Source: Pseudomonadota bacterium | GTDB lineage: Bacteria; Pseudomonadota; Gammaproteobacteria; Ga0077536 | NCBI GenBank assembly: GCA_018668255.1 | Contig: JABISZ010000054.1 | Coordinates: 7,780-71,779, forward strand | Length of the DNA: 64,000 bases | Reading direction: 5' to 3' | Shown here: positions 27,048 through 36,428 of the stretch, one piece after another | How the letters are laid out: each line of letters opens with the position of its first letter | How positions within the stretch are numbered: the first letter of the stretch is position 1 | The notes under the pieces: model-generated | What the model was told of the DNA's origin: nothing | The model's database searches: none | Seen by the model: only the letters and a program-made list of their open reading frames with translations | Made by a program: the position numbers and the translations under genes

Positions 27048-28241
27048 TCACGATTGCCTCGTCTCCGCACGGGATAGATCTAAAAGTCTCCAGAGATACC
27101 AGCTAGCTACACTCCGGTAAGGTCTCCACAACTGTCCGTATTTATTGAGTGTTTTTCGGTCAGTTTCTCCTTTTTTCCCAAGCATATAGGCATGACCCAA
27201 GCGAAGTCCCAAGTCGTCTACTGCAAGCACATCTGGTCTACCAAGACGGAACATTAACAGCATCTCAACAGTCCATTGTCCTATGCCCTTGACTTGAGTT
27301 AACGATTCGATAATCTCATTATCGCTCATTTTTTTTAATTTAATCAGAGTTGGAATTTCACCAGAAAGTGTTCGTTCTGAAAGATCACTGACTGAGAGAA
27401 TCTTGTTGCGAGACAAACCGCACCCGCGCAACTCTTCATGCGATAGGCTCAAAAAATTCTGCGCCGACAGTCCTTTAGGCAATAGTTCAAACTTGTCACA
27501 TAGCCTCTGGAAAATCGCGGCCGCAGCCTTAACACTGAGCTGTTGCGATACAATAGCTTTCACTAAGGAGAAATAAACCGTAGATTCTTTTCTTAACGTC
27601 ATGCTCGGTTCTCCTACTCGAACAATTGCCTTCGCCATGTCTGGATCCACTGCACTAAGATAATCGGCCGCTTTTCTAGGATCGTAGGGGAAACCCAGGT
27701 GTCCCTTATGCGGCATTTTCTCTACTTCTATGAGATATCTTTTTAGAGATAGCCCTCCTGGCGCACTAAAACCTCTAAGGTCACCATTAGCGGCAACAAT
27801 TCGATGGCATGGGACGATCAATGGAAAAGGATTGGCCCCCAATGCCTGTCCAACCGCACGCGAAGAATTGGGAGACCCAAGCAACTTGGCCAGTTGCCCA
27901 TATGACACTGTAGATCCTGCGGCTATCTTGCTAGCTTGAGAATAGACACGCTGACAAAAAGCCGTCACGGTGGTCAAATCTAAATTGGAAATAGGTAATT
28001 CAAAAGATTGTCCGGACAGCATCTGAACTATGTTTTTCTGAACTTTCCTAATAGTCGGACTGGCAAGTGAAACATATGGGAAATCCTCAAAACCAGTCTT
28101 TAAGGCAGCCAGTGTTATTGCTTCGGATCGCTCAGGAAACTGTACTTTTACTATCCCGCGGTTATTCCAAACCAATCCGCAGTGGCCAATTACCGTCTTA
28201 AAAAGCGTCAACCCTTTTTTATCCATGACTAACATCCCCAT
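27048..28241 (-). CDS. Fused O6-methylguanine-DNA methyltransferase (Ogt) / 3-methyladenine DNA glycosylase (AlkA-like)
   Basis: N-half SYGQLA, RAVGQALGANP, PCHRIV; C-half IVSQQLS, VKGIGQWT, GRPD, WRPYRSVASWYLW. Confidence 0.92.
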   Translation of the reverse strand: MGMLVMDKKGLTLFKTVIGHCGLVWNNRGIVKVQFPERSEAITLAALKTGFEDFPYVSLASPTIRKVQKNIVQMLSGQSFELPISNLDLTTVTAFCQRVYSQASKIAAGSTVSYGQLAKLLGSPNSSRAVGQALGANPFPLIVPCHRIVAANGDLRGFSAPGGLSLKRYLIEVEKMPHKGHLGFPYDPRKAADYLSAVDPDMAKAIVRVGEPSMTLRKESTVYFSLVKAIVSQQLSVKAAAAIFQRLCDKFELLPKGLSAQNFLSLSHEELRGCGLSRNKILSVSDLSERTLSGEIPTLIKLKKMSDNEIIESLTQVKGIGQWTVEMLLMFRLGRPDVLAVDDLGLRLGHAYMLGKKGETDRKTLNKYGQLWRPYRSVASWYLWRLLDLSRAETRQS

Positions 28242-28328
28242 TCAAGAAAGGTATTTTCTACTTGTTTTGCAAGATAAGATAGATGTATTGTCTACATCAA
28301 TAAAAAACATCGGAGTTATAAACACGTG

Positions 28329-28877
28329 ATGTACCAACTGGACTCACAGAAAATCACCGCTGATGGAGAATATTTCATCGCACCAAGCGCAACGGTATTA
28401 GGAAACGTCCATCTCAAAAATAACGCTAGCGTATGGTTCGGCGCGGTATTGCGTGGCGATAATGACCTCATCACAGTTGGAGAAAACTCCAACATACAAG
28501 ATCTATCAGTTTTACATACAGACCCTGGTTGCCCTTTAACCATAGGAGCTAACTGTACAATAGGACACAAAGTCATGCTTCATGGGTGCACGATCGGAGA
28601 CAATACGTTGATTGGGATCAATGCTGTTGTTTTAAATGGCGCAAAAATAGGCTCAAACTGCCTTATCGGAGCGGGCGCACTCATAACGGAAGGAAAAACT
28701 ATCCCAGATGGTAGCCTTGTAATGGGTGTCCCCGGAAAAATCATAAAGAAGCTCACACCCGAACAGATTGAAGGACTAACCGAATCAGCACAAGGGTACG
28801 TGCAAAATTCTCAGCGCTTCAAGTTAGGCTTAAAACACCAGGAAAGTGCAACAAAACCCTTAAACTCCTCTGAATAA
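28329..28877 (+). CDS. Gamma-carbonic anhydrase family protein (YrdA/PaaY-like)
   Basis: VWFGAVLRGD, NIQD, LHTD, GHKVMLHGC, hexapeptide repeats. Confidence 0.93.
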   Translation: MYQLDSQKITADGEYFIAPSATVLGNVHLKNNASVWFGAVLRGDNDLITVGENSNIQDLSVLHTDPGCPLTIGANCTIGHKVMLHGCTIGDNTLIGINAVVLNGAKIGSNCLIGAGALITEGKTIPDGSLVMGVPGKIIKKLTPEQIEGLTESAQGYVQNSQRFKLGLKHQESATKPLNSSE

Positions 28878-28890
28878 TTAGCCTACCTAA

Positions 28891-30093
28891 TCAACTGAAA
28901 CGTTTAATAATCTGCTTACCAAGAGCCATCATGTGAACCTGGTCCGGCCCATCAGCCTGACGACACCAGCGAGCATAGTTAAAGGCTTCAGCCATAAAGT
29001 AGTCACCTGTCAACCCACCGGCGCCATGGATCTGCATACAGCGATCAATAACCTTCTGCGCCATGAGCGGAACAGTTATCTTGGCTGCCGCAATCATATC
29101 GCTAGCCTCTCGAGCCCCTACTTCATCCATACGAGATGCCGTTTTCATAGTAAGTAAACGAGCCTGCTCAATCTCGCAAAAGCTTACTGCAATATCCTCT
29201 CTAACGGACTGATGTTCAGCAAGCATTTTACCAAAAGTCGAACGGGAGACAGATCGTCGGCAAGCGTACTCTAGTGCACGTTGAGCAGCTCCAATAAGGC
29301 GCATGCAATGATGTATCCGACCGGGGCCGAGTCTTCCTTGAGCTATTTCAAACCCACGCCCCTCACCCAAAAGCATATTTTCAGCTGGAACTCTTACATC
29401 ATCAAACAGTACTTCTGCATGCCCTTGAGGTGCATCGTCATAACCTAAAGTAGTCAATGGACGGGTGACTATCATACCTGGAGCCCCTTTAGGCACCAGA
29501 ATTTGGCTTTGCTGTAAGTGTCGATTAGGATTCTCTGGGTCAGACTTGCCCATAACAATAAAAATTCCTGTGCGCTCATTCATTGCGCCAGTAATAAACC
29601 ATTTTTTTCCATTGATAACATATTCATTGCCATCACGCATAATTGAAGTCTGGACATTAGTGGCATCACTGGATGCTACATCAGGCTCTGTCATTGCAAA
29701 AGATGAGCGAATATCTCCAGACAAAAGAGGCTCCAACCAGTGCTTCTTCTGCTCTTCAGTTCCATATTTCATGAACACTTCCATATTGCCAGTGTCCGGG
29801 GCATTGCAGTTGAAGACCTCAGCGCTCCAATAGACTCGACCCATGATTTCAGCCAGAGGAGCGTAATGAGCATTACTTAACCCACCAAATTTCTCAGGGA
29901 CAAAAAGATTCCACAAACCTTGCTCTTTTGCTTTTGATTTTAGTTCTTCTACGACCGACATAGTCACGAAACGATCTTCTAAACCCGCTAACTCCTCGTG
30001 ATACCGAGCCTCATTCGGATAGACATGTTCAGTCATAAACTGTTCAAGTTGCAGTTCCAGATTTTCGGGACTCTCGGTGATATTTGCGTACAT
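28891..30093 (-). CDS. Acyl-CoA dehydrogenase
   Basis: [48 protein letters not shown]. Confidence 0.95.
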   Translation of the reverse strand: MYANITESPENLELQLEQFMTEHVYPNEARYHEELAGLEDRFVTMSVVEELKSKAKEQGLWNLFVPEKFGGLSNAHYAPLAEIMGRVYWSAEVFNCNAPDTGNMEVFMKYGTEEQKKHWLEPLLSGDIRSSFAMTEPDVASSDATNVQTSIMRDGNEYVINGKKWFITGAMNERTGIFIVMGKSDPENPNRHLQQSQILVPKGAPGMIVTRPLTTLGYDDAPQGHAEVLFDDVRVPAENMLLGEGRGFEIAQGRLGPGRIHHCMRLIGAAQRALEYACRRSVSRSTFGKMLAEHQSVREDIAVSFCEIEQARLLTMKTASRMDEVGAREASDMIAAAKITVPLMAQKVIDRCMQIHGAGGLTGDYFMAEAFNYARWCRQADGPDQVHMMALGKQIIKRFS

Positions 30094-30262
30094 TTGCTTA
30101 TCCTAGATATTAACTATGAGGTTTATTATACCCGCTATGATAGCTTTTTAGACAGGTTGCCTGAATAGGTAATTTACATAGCACGCCAAAAATGGTGTCA
30201 TACCGCGATGGGCTAAAAATAGTCAGTAACGAATAGGGCAAAAGAATACGAGGGGAGCATAA

Positions 30263-30685
30263 ATGCCGGCACCAAAAAAACCCACTGCACTGCAACAAAA
30301 CTACGCCTTAACGGCAGTAGATGACTATGACATGAGAATGTATGTGGTCGATCACTTGAAAGATAAAGACAAAAGAAACGCGCTTATAGCAGAGCATGCG
30401 AAATTCCCTAGAGGAGGAGCGACTCAACCGGGAAGCCCGCCTCCACTCCAGAGCCAAACGTTAAAGAGATTAGTAGATAAGTTACGAATGGTGCCTCAAA
30501 CCGGGAAACACACCATCGTAGAAACAATTCCATGGAAGGAATATGCCATCGGCATCTTACCTGGCGCCCGCGGGAAGCCGGTAAAAATAACTAACGAAAA
30601 ATATAACTCTAGAGATGATGCTAACCACGCTATTTTTTGCAAACGATTAAAGGCTTTGTGCGCTCATTACGATATCCGCATGTAG
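30263..30685 (+). CDS. dmfA1: N,N-dimethylformamidase alpha subunit-like, copy 2
   Basis: LIAEH..P.G, LKRLVDKLR, PWKEYAI..LPGARGKP, HAIFCKR; upstream of beta copy 2. Confidence 0.78.
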   Translation: MPAPKKPTALQQNYALTAVDDYDMRMYVVDHLKDKDKRNALIAEHAKFPRGGATQPGSPPPLQSQTLKRLVDKLRMVPQTGKHTIVETIPWKEYAIGILPGARGKPVKITNEKYNSRDDANHAIFCKRLKALCAHYDIRM

Positions 30686-30699
30686 TTCAGGGGAAAACC

Positions 30700-33108
30700 A
30701 TGAAACAAGACTCAATGTTACGCATAACCGGCTATTCCGATAAATGCTCCGTTACACCAGGAGATGAGATCACATTTTATGTTCATAGTGAATTTGGTGA
30801 ATCTTACCAATCTGATATCGTAAGACTTATCAACGGAGACACCAATCCTGAAGGTCCAGGATTCAAGGAAAAACTATTCCGAACCAGTGTTAATGCAAAG
30901 TACAAAGGTGAGAATCAGCCTTTAATGGCAGGAAGTTACCTGCTTGCCCCGCAAAGTGATCATTTTGACCTAGAAAGCCTGACGCTGTGTGCCTATATTT
31001 ACCCAACAACTCCAACGGTCGATACAGAAGGAGTTGCGGTCGGAGAACAAGCGCTGCTCTCGAAATGGGATGCAGATAAGAAAAAAGGGTACGGATTATT
31101 CATCAATAAAGAGGGTGAGCTTGAATTTCGTTTAGGGAATGGCAGAGGAAAAGTAGAAAGCTTTAGCACTCGCAAACCCATGATGAGAAAAATTTGGTAT
31201 AAAGTCATGGTCAGTTTCGACGCGTCTACTGGCAAAGGACTCATCTGCCAGATCCCTTATCTGACTGCGACTAATGGTGGTCATGGACCAAGTATGCTCC
31301 ATCCCCGCTCTGACACCGAAGCTGAACGTAAATTTATCGCTAAAAACGGCGCAGCCAAAATGCACGAAAGCCCCTTCACGATGGCCGCTAGCTGCAAGTC
31401 CTCGGAATGTGGCCGGCAGGTGTTTGATGGACATTACAACCATCTGGAACAGCCTTGGGATATCCCCGAGCACACTGAAAAATACAATGGGAAAATCGAT
31501 AGACCACGAGTGGCAAATCGAGCGCTAAACAGAGCTGAAATAGAGCTTATTCTAGGTGCACCTAGAATGGAGGCCATACCAACAGAACTAAGGTCTTCTA
31601 TCGTAGCTGCTTGGGATTTCAGCGCTAATATTTCAGAAAATGCTGCGTCCACGCACATTGTAGATGCGGGTCCCCATCGACTACATGCTGTTGGAATAAA
31701 TCTCCCAGTCCGGGGAACACCAGGTCATAACTGGTCCTCCCACTTCATGAGCTTCATCCATGGGCCTCAAGAGTACGGCGCAATACATTTTCACGATGAA
31801 ACTGTGGATGATGCGCGTTGGAAGCCAACATTTACGCTAAAAATCCCCGAACGCATGGTCAGTGGAGTCTATGCTGCTCGCCTCAGGGTCAAAGGGAAAT
31901 CAACTCCAGATCATGAAGACTATATCCCATTTTTCGTACGTCCACCTAAGGGCACAACGACTGCGAAAATTGCTCTAGTCATGCCGACTCACAGTTATAT
32001 GGCATACGCGAACGATAACTTAAGCGTTAACTCCGTGGTAGCACAATTATTAACAGGACAGGTGCCACTCCTGCAACCAAGCGACTTATTACTTAATCAA
32101 GAGCGCGGATATGGACTAGGGACGTATGCGTCCTATCGAGACGGCTGGGGAGTAAACGTGTCTTCTCGTCTGCGCCCGATCCTCAATATGAGGCCCAAGT
32201 ATCTGCATGTGCTCTCGCCATCGCTTTGGCAGTTCAACGCAGATTTACATCTCGTTGACTGGTTGCATGAACTTAAGTATGACGTAGATATTATTACTGA
32301 CGAAGACGTGCAAAGAGAAGGCGTGACGCTTCTAAACCAATATCCCATAGTCTTAACAGGACACCATCCGGAGTATGTCTCTGAAGAGGCAATGGACGCC
32401 TATCATGACTACCAGCTGCAAGGCGGTCGTTTTCTATATCTGGCAGCCAATGGCTTCTATTGGATCACTGTGCCGCATCCCGAAAACCCCAACATCATCG
32501 AGGTGAGAAAAGGGGATAACGGAACTCGAGCATGGACTATTAACCCTGGCGAATACTGTAATGCCTTCGATGGAAAACATGGTGGCTTATGGCGAGTTCG
32601 AGGACGAGCTATGAGCAAGCTACTCGGCGTCACTTTCACTTCTTTTGGCCTCACATATTCTTCCTACTATCGCCGCGCGCCGGATAGCAATCTGCCTGAG
32701 TGCCAATGGATAATGAAAGGCTTAAGTGCTGACGAGCCTATTGGAAACTTTGGCTTAGTAGGTGGAGGTGCCGCGGGTCTTGAACTCGATCGATACGATC
32801 TAGAACTGGGCACGCCACACAGAGCGTATCTATTAGCTCACTCTGAGGGGCATAACGATATCTTTGTATCAGTAACTGAAGAATCGACGTTTAATGCCAG
32901 AGGCTATACACAAGGAGGAACAGGCGACAACAATCCTTGGACACGCGCAGATATCGTCTACTACAAGACACCGAACGACGGGGCAGTTTTTTCTGTCGGT
33001 TCAATGTCATGGTGTGGCTCATTGCAGCACAATGATTACGACAACAATGTCTCTCAAATCATGCAAAATGTTCTCAATGGTTTTCTAAAACCAGGCACAT
33101 TGCCATGA
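30700..33108 (+). CDS. dmfA2: N,N-dimethylformamidase beta subunit-like, copy 2
   Basis: YGAIHFHDE, SYMAYAND, RPILNMRP, LWQFNADLH, HPEY, GLELD; ATG 30700 after a GGGG RBS. Confidence 0.9.
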   Translation: MKQDSMLRITGYSDKCSVTPGDEITFYVHSEFGESYQSDIVRLINGDTNPEGPGFKEKLFRTSVNAKYKGENQPLMAGSYLLAPQSDHFDLESLTLCAYIYPTTPTVDTEGVAVGEQALLSKWDADKKKGYGLFINKEGELEFRLGNGRGKVESFSTRKPMMRKIWYKVMVSFDASTGKGLICQIPYLTATNGGHGPSMLHPRSDTEAERKFIAKNGAAKMHESPFTMAASCKSSECGRQVFDGHYNHLEQPWDIPEHTEKYNGKIDRPRVANRALNRAEIELILGAPRMEAIPTELRSSIVAAWDFSANISENAASTHIVDAGPHRLHAVGINLPVRGTPGHNWSSHFMSFIHGPQEYGAIHFHDETVDDARWKPTFTLKIPERMVSGVYAARLRVKGKSTPDHEDYIPFFVRPPKGTTTAKIALVMPTHSYMAYANDNLSVNSVVAQLLTGQVPLLQPSDLLLNQERGYGLGTYASYRDGWGVNVSSRLRPILNMRPKYLHVLSPSLWQFNADLHLVDWLHELKYDVDIITDEDVQREGVTLLNQYPIVLTGHHPEYVSEEAMDAYHDYQLQGGRFLYLAANGFYWITVPHPENPNIIEVRKGDNGTRAWTINPGEYCNAFDGKHGGLWRVRGRAMSKLLGVTFTSFGLTYSSYYRRAPDSNLPECQWIMKGLSADEPIGNFGLVGGGAAGLELDRYDLELGTPHRAYLLAHSEGHNDIFVSVTEESTFNARGYTQGGTGDNNPWTRADIVYYKTPNDGAVFSVGSMSWCGSLQHNDYDNNVSQIMQNVLNGFLKPGTLP

Positions 33109-33521
33109 GTGAAGTAAATGAGGAGGTTCCTCTTGATCGGGATCACTTTTGGTGGATACACCCTGCACTTCGAGGCCAGCAGTCGCTAGACGGCTCCGCG
33201 GCTGGAGCATTGCCTTGGAGATGGGAGAAATCCGCAACTGCCAGTAATGCTGATCCTGTTGAAACAATCGATCCGGCAGGACCTTATGCAGATTTTGCCA
33301 AGCTACTCTATAAACTCAATGGCTATAAACCCGGACCAGTTACTGGTTGGTATATTGTCCTGTCCCCAGAAAAAGACAAGTTTGCAGTCGGACAGCTATG
33401 TGTCGATCCCAATATCCCAGTTGTCTTGTTTGAAGATAATGTCTATTCAACTGAAGCCGAAGCGAGAAAAGTTGCCACTGAGTTAAAAAAGGTAAACCCT
33501 GGCCTTATACATACAAGTTAG
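33105..33521 (+). CDS. Divergent DMFase alpha-subunit-like protein (alpha')
   Basis: ATGA overlap with the beta-2 stop; DPAGPY..FAKLLYKL...P.IPVVLFEDNVYSTEAEA aligns by eye to both alpha subunits in this window. Confidence 0.6.
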   Translation: MSEVNEEVPLDRDHFWWIHPALRGQQSLDGSAAGALPWRWEKSATASNADPVETIDPAGPYADFAKLLYKLNGYKPGPVTGWYIVLSPEKDKFAVGQLCVDPNIPVVLFEDNVYSTEAEARKVATELKKVNPGLIHTS

Positions 33522-33571
33522 TTAGCCTTGATTCTCTATCAGACCACAACTCTTTTGACGGCGACGATTAA

Positions 33572-34825
33572 ATGAATGTTCCTAAGCGCCTTCTGGCGAT
33601 GGTGGCACTGGTGGCTGCCGGTGAAATGATATTTAGTCTACCATTCCATCTACCCCGATACCTCCGCCCTTCAGTACTTGAGGGGTTTAATCTAACCAAC
33701 TCTGAGTTAGGCGACATATTTGCAGTGTATGGTGTCACAGCGATGCTGGCATACTTCCCCGGCGGATTAATAGCCGACAAATTCAACCCAAAAATCCTGA
33801 TCATTATTTCACTTGTAGCTACAGCGATTGGTGGTATCTATCTCGCCACCTTCCCTGGTGTTGTAGGACTCGCAATTCTCTATGCGTACTGGGGAATAAC
33901 TACCATTTTCCTATTCTGGGCGGGCTTGATGAAATCCACCCGAGAGTGGGGCGGTGACGCAGCTCAGGGGAGAGCATTTGGATTCCTAGAAGGAGGCAGA
34001 GGGTTAGCTGCAGCCGTTTTTGCATCAATCGCGGTCTGGCTATTCGCACAAGGAATCCCAACTCTAGAAATAATCAATCAAGCAGATAGGCGACAGGCAT
34101 TATCGAGTGTTATCTTTTTATACACTGGTCTTACATTCCTTGCGGCAATTAGCGTCGCCATTTGGCTGCCTAATAATGAAAAAAGCGGCACTTATAAGCC
34201 GCTAAAGACAAGCGTCTTAAAAATGCTAGTGAGGCTAGATATATGGCTGATTGCAATTGTCATCACTTGTGCATACTGCGGCTATAAAGGATTAGACAAT
34301 TACGCTTTATACGCGCACCAAGTGCTAGGGATGAGCGAAGTCGAATCAGCTTCCTTCATCTCTAAAACTGCCTATTTACGGATCTTCGCCGCTATATCCG
34401 CAGGTCTACTCGCAGATCGGATTCAAGCTAATAAGACTTTAATCTTCTTGTTTTTGACTCTCTTCCTGAGCTATAGCTTTTTAGGGATCTGGGGCGGACC
34501 TGAAGAGCTACTTTACTTTATTATCATTAACATAATTATTACTCTGTTGGCCGTTTTTGCGCTCCGTGGGGTATATTTTGCGATGCTTGAAGAAACCAAA
34601 ATACCGGCGAGGAATACAGGATCTGCTGTCGGATTAGTGTCAATAGTCGGCTATACCCCAGATATTTTTCTGGCACCTATTGGAGGCCGAATTCTGGATG
34701 CTTCACCAGGCGCAGAAGGTCACTTAAATTATTTCTGGTTGCTTTCAGCCATTTCTCTTATAGGCGTCATTGCTGCGGTCGCTTTATACTTCTGTAACAA
34801 TCATTTAACTAGGGACAAAGAATGA
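33572..34825 (+). CDS. MFS transporter
   Basis: About 12 TM segments, GGLIADKF MFS motif A, QGRAFGFLEGGRG. Confidence 0.92.
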   Translation: MNVPKRLLAMVALVAAGEMIFSLPFHLPRYLRPSVLEGFNLTNSELGDIFAVYGVTAMLAYFPGGLIADKFNPKILIIISLVATAIGGIYLATFPGVVGLAILYAYWGITTIFLFWAGLMKSTREWGGDAAQGRAFGFLEGGRGLAAAVFASIAVWLFAQGIPTLEIINQADRRQALSSVIFLYTGLTFLAAISVAIWLPNNEKSGTYKPLKTSVLKMLVRLDIWLIAIVITCAYCGYKGLDNYALYAHQVLGMSEVESASFISKTAYLRIFAAISAGLLADRIQANKTLIFLFLTLFLSYSFLGIWGGPEELLYFIIINIIITLLAVFALRGVYFAMLEETKIPARNTGSAVGLVSIVGYTPDIFLAPIGGRILDASPGAEGHLNYFWLLSAISLIGVIAAVALYFCNNHLTRDKE

Positions 34826-35553
34826 GAAAGAAAGTATGTCTTATAGTCGGGGCAGGACAGGGACTAGGAAGAGCTCTGGCTCAGAAATTTGCGACCGAAG
34901 GCTATCATCTTAACTTAGTGTCACGGACTCTAAGTGGAAGTCAGATAGCGCTAAAGGCCGCACATTCGGCATTCCCAGGAGGGGACCATCGTCATGTAAC
35001 CGCTGATGCTACTAAGCCGGAGGAATTAGAAAAAACTCTAGCTGAAGCAGTTGCCTCGCACGGCACTCCCGAAATTTTTATTTACAACCCTCGTGGTGGA
35101 TACCAATTAAGGGATCCTTTGCAGATATCCTATGCAGAAATGAACGATACCCTCAACCTAGAAGTGGTAGGGGCCCTCGCGTCAGCAAAGGCCATAATTC
35201 CAGAGATGCTGGACAACAAAAAAGGAACCATTATTTTTTCAAGTGCGACAGCCGCTTTTAGAGGATCAGCAACCAATCCGCTATATTCCATCGGAAAGTT
35301 CGGGCTTCGTGGATTGTCTCAAAGTCTGGCCAAAGCATACAGTGCTAAAGGCTTACATATTGCACATGTTCGGCTCGACTGCACTTTGGACGTCCCTGAC
35401 ATCAGAGACTGGATGGGGGATACATTTAAAATTAAAGAAACGAGTAATGTAGATGACGTAGCACAGTCTTACTGGTGGCTTCACCAACAACCAAGATCCG
35501 CATGGAGTAATGAATTGGAGCTCAGACCTTATAGTGAGAACTGGACATTTTAG
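34822..35553 (+). CDS. Short-chain dehydrogenase/reductase
   Basis: GAGQGLG, YSIGK, HQQPRSAWS.EL.LRP C-terminus. Confidence 0.92.
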   Translation: MRKKVCLIVGAGQGLGRALAQKFATEGYHLNLVSRTLSGSQIALKAAHSAFPGGDHRHVTADATKPEELEKTLAEAVASHGTPEIFIYNPRGGYQLRDPLQISYAEMNDTLNLEVVGALASAKAIIPEMLDNKKGTIIFSSATAAFRGSATNPLYSIGKFGLRGLSQSLAKAYSAKGLHIAHVRLDCTLDVPDIRDWMGDTFKIKETSNVDDVAQSYWWLHQQPRSAWSNELELRPYSENWTF

Positions 35554-35631
35554 AGTCAAAAATTCACCATCAAAAGACTTCGATAAAAATACGACAGCTA
35601 CATTAAGTGCAACTGATAAAAAGGACAAAAA

Positions 35632-36405
35632 TTGGTTCAAAATTTTGAAAAAAAGTTAGTGCTAATTACTGGTGCCAGTCGCGGCATCGGAAAATCAATA
35701 GCTCTAGCCTTAGCAAAAGATGGAGCTCATGTGATCTGCGCTGCAACCGAGGCACGCAACTCAGGCAAAGTTGTGGCTGAAATACAAGCAGCTGGAGGCA
35801 AAGCAACAGCTGTCGGTTGCCTTGTAGAGAACCCTCTTGCTGTCAAAAGAATGTTTGCGGAAGTGCTCGATCAGGCAGGACCTGTTGACGTCCTGATCAA
35901 TAATGCGGGTATATCAAAACCGATGCTTACTATGGAGATGACTGAAGAAAACTGGGATCAGCACATGAATATTAACTGTAAATCCATATTTCTGTGTTCT
36001 CAAGCTGCTGCGCTCCAAATGAAAATGAACAATGGCGGATCCATTATTAATATAGGATCAATCTTGGGCCGCAATGCCTTCCCTGCAACGCTAGGATATT
36101 GCGCCTCCAAGGCCGCCGTCGATCAGATGACAAAAGTAATGGCAATAGAATGGGCGCGATATGGAATCCGCGTGAACTGCATCGCACCAGGCTATATTCG
36201 TACTGAGCTAATTGACCAACTGGCAGTTGATGGAAAAGTAAAACTTAAAGATCTGGAAAGACGGACTCCTCAGAGAAGATTGGGAACAGGTGATGACATT
36301 GCTAACGCAGTAAGATATGTTGCCAGCGAAGGTGCGGCTTTTATGACGGGGGAAACATTGGTTGTTGATGGTGGGTGGACCGCTTTCGGCTACTATCAAA
36401 CATAA
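35632..36405 (+). CDS. Short-chain dehydrogenase/reductase (classical)
   Basis: TGASRGIG, NNAG, YCASK, VDGG. Confidence 0.94.
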   Translation: MVQNFEKKLVLITGASRGIGKSIALALAKDGAHVICAATEARNSGKVVAEIQAAGGKATAVGCLVENPLAVKRMFAEVLDQAGPVDVLINNAGISKPMLTMEMTEENWDQHMNINCKSIFLCSQAAALQMKMNNGGSIINIGSILGRNAFPATLGYCASKAAVDQMTKVMAIEWARYGIRVNCIAPGYIRTELIDQLAVDGKVKLKDLERRTPQRRLGTGDDIANAVRYVASEGAAFMTGETLVVDGGWTAFGYYQT

Positions 36406-36428
36406 TTTAATGAGATAAAGGAAGAACG

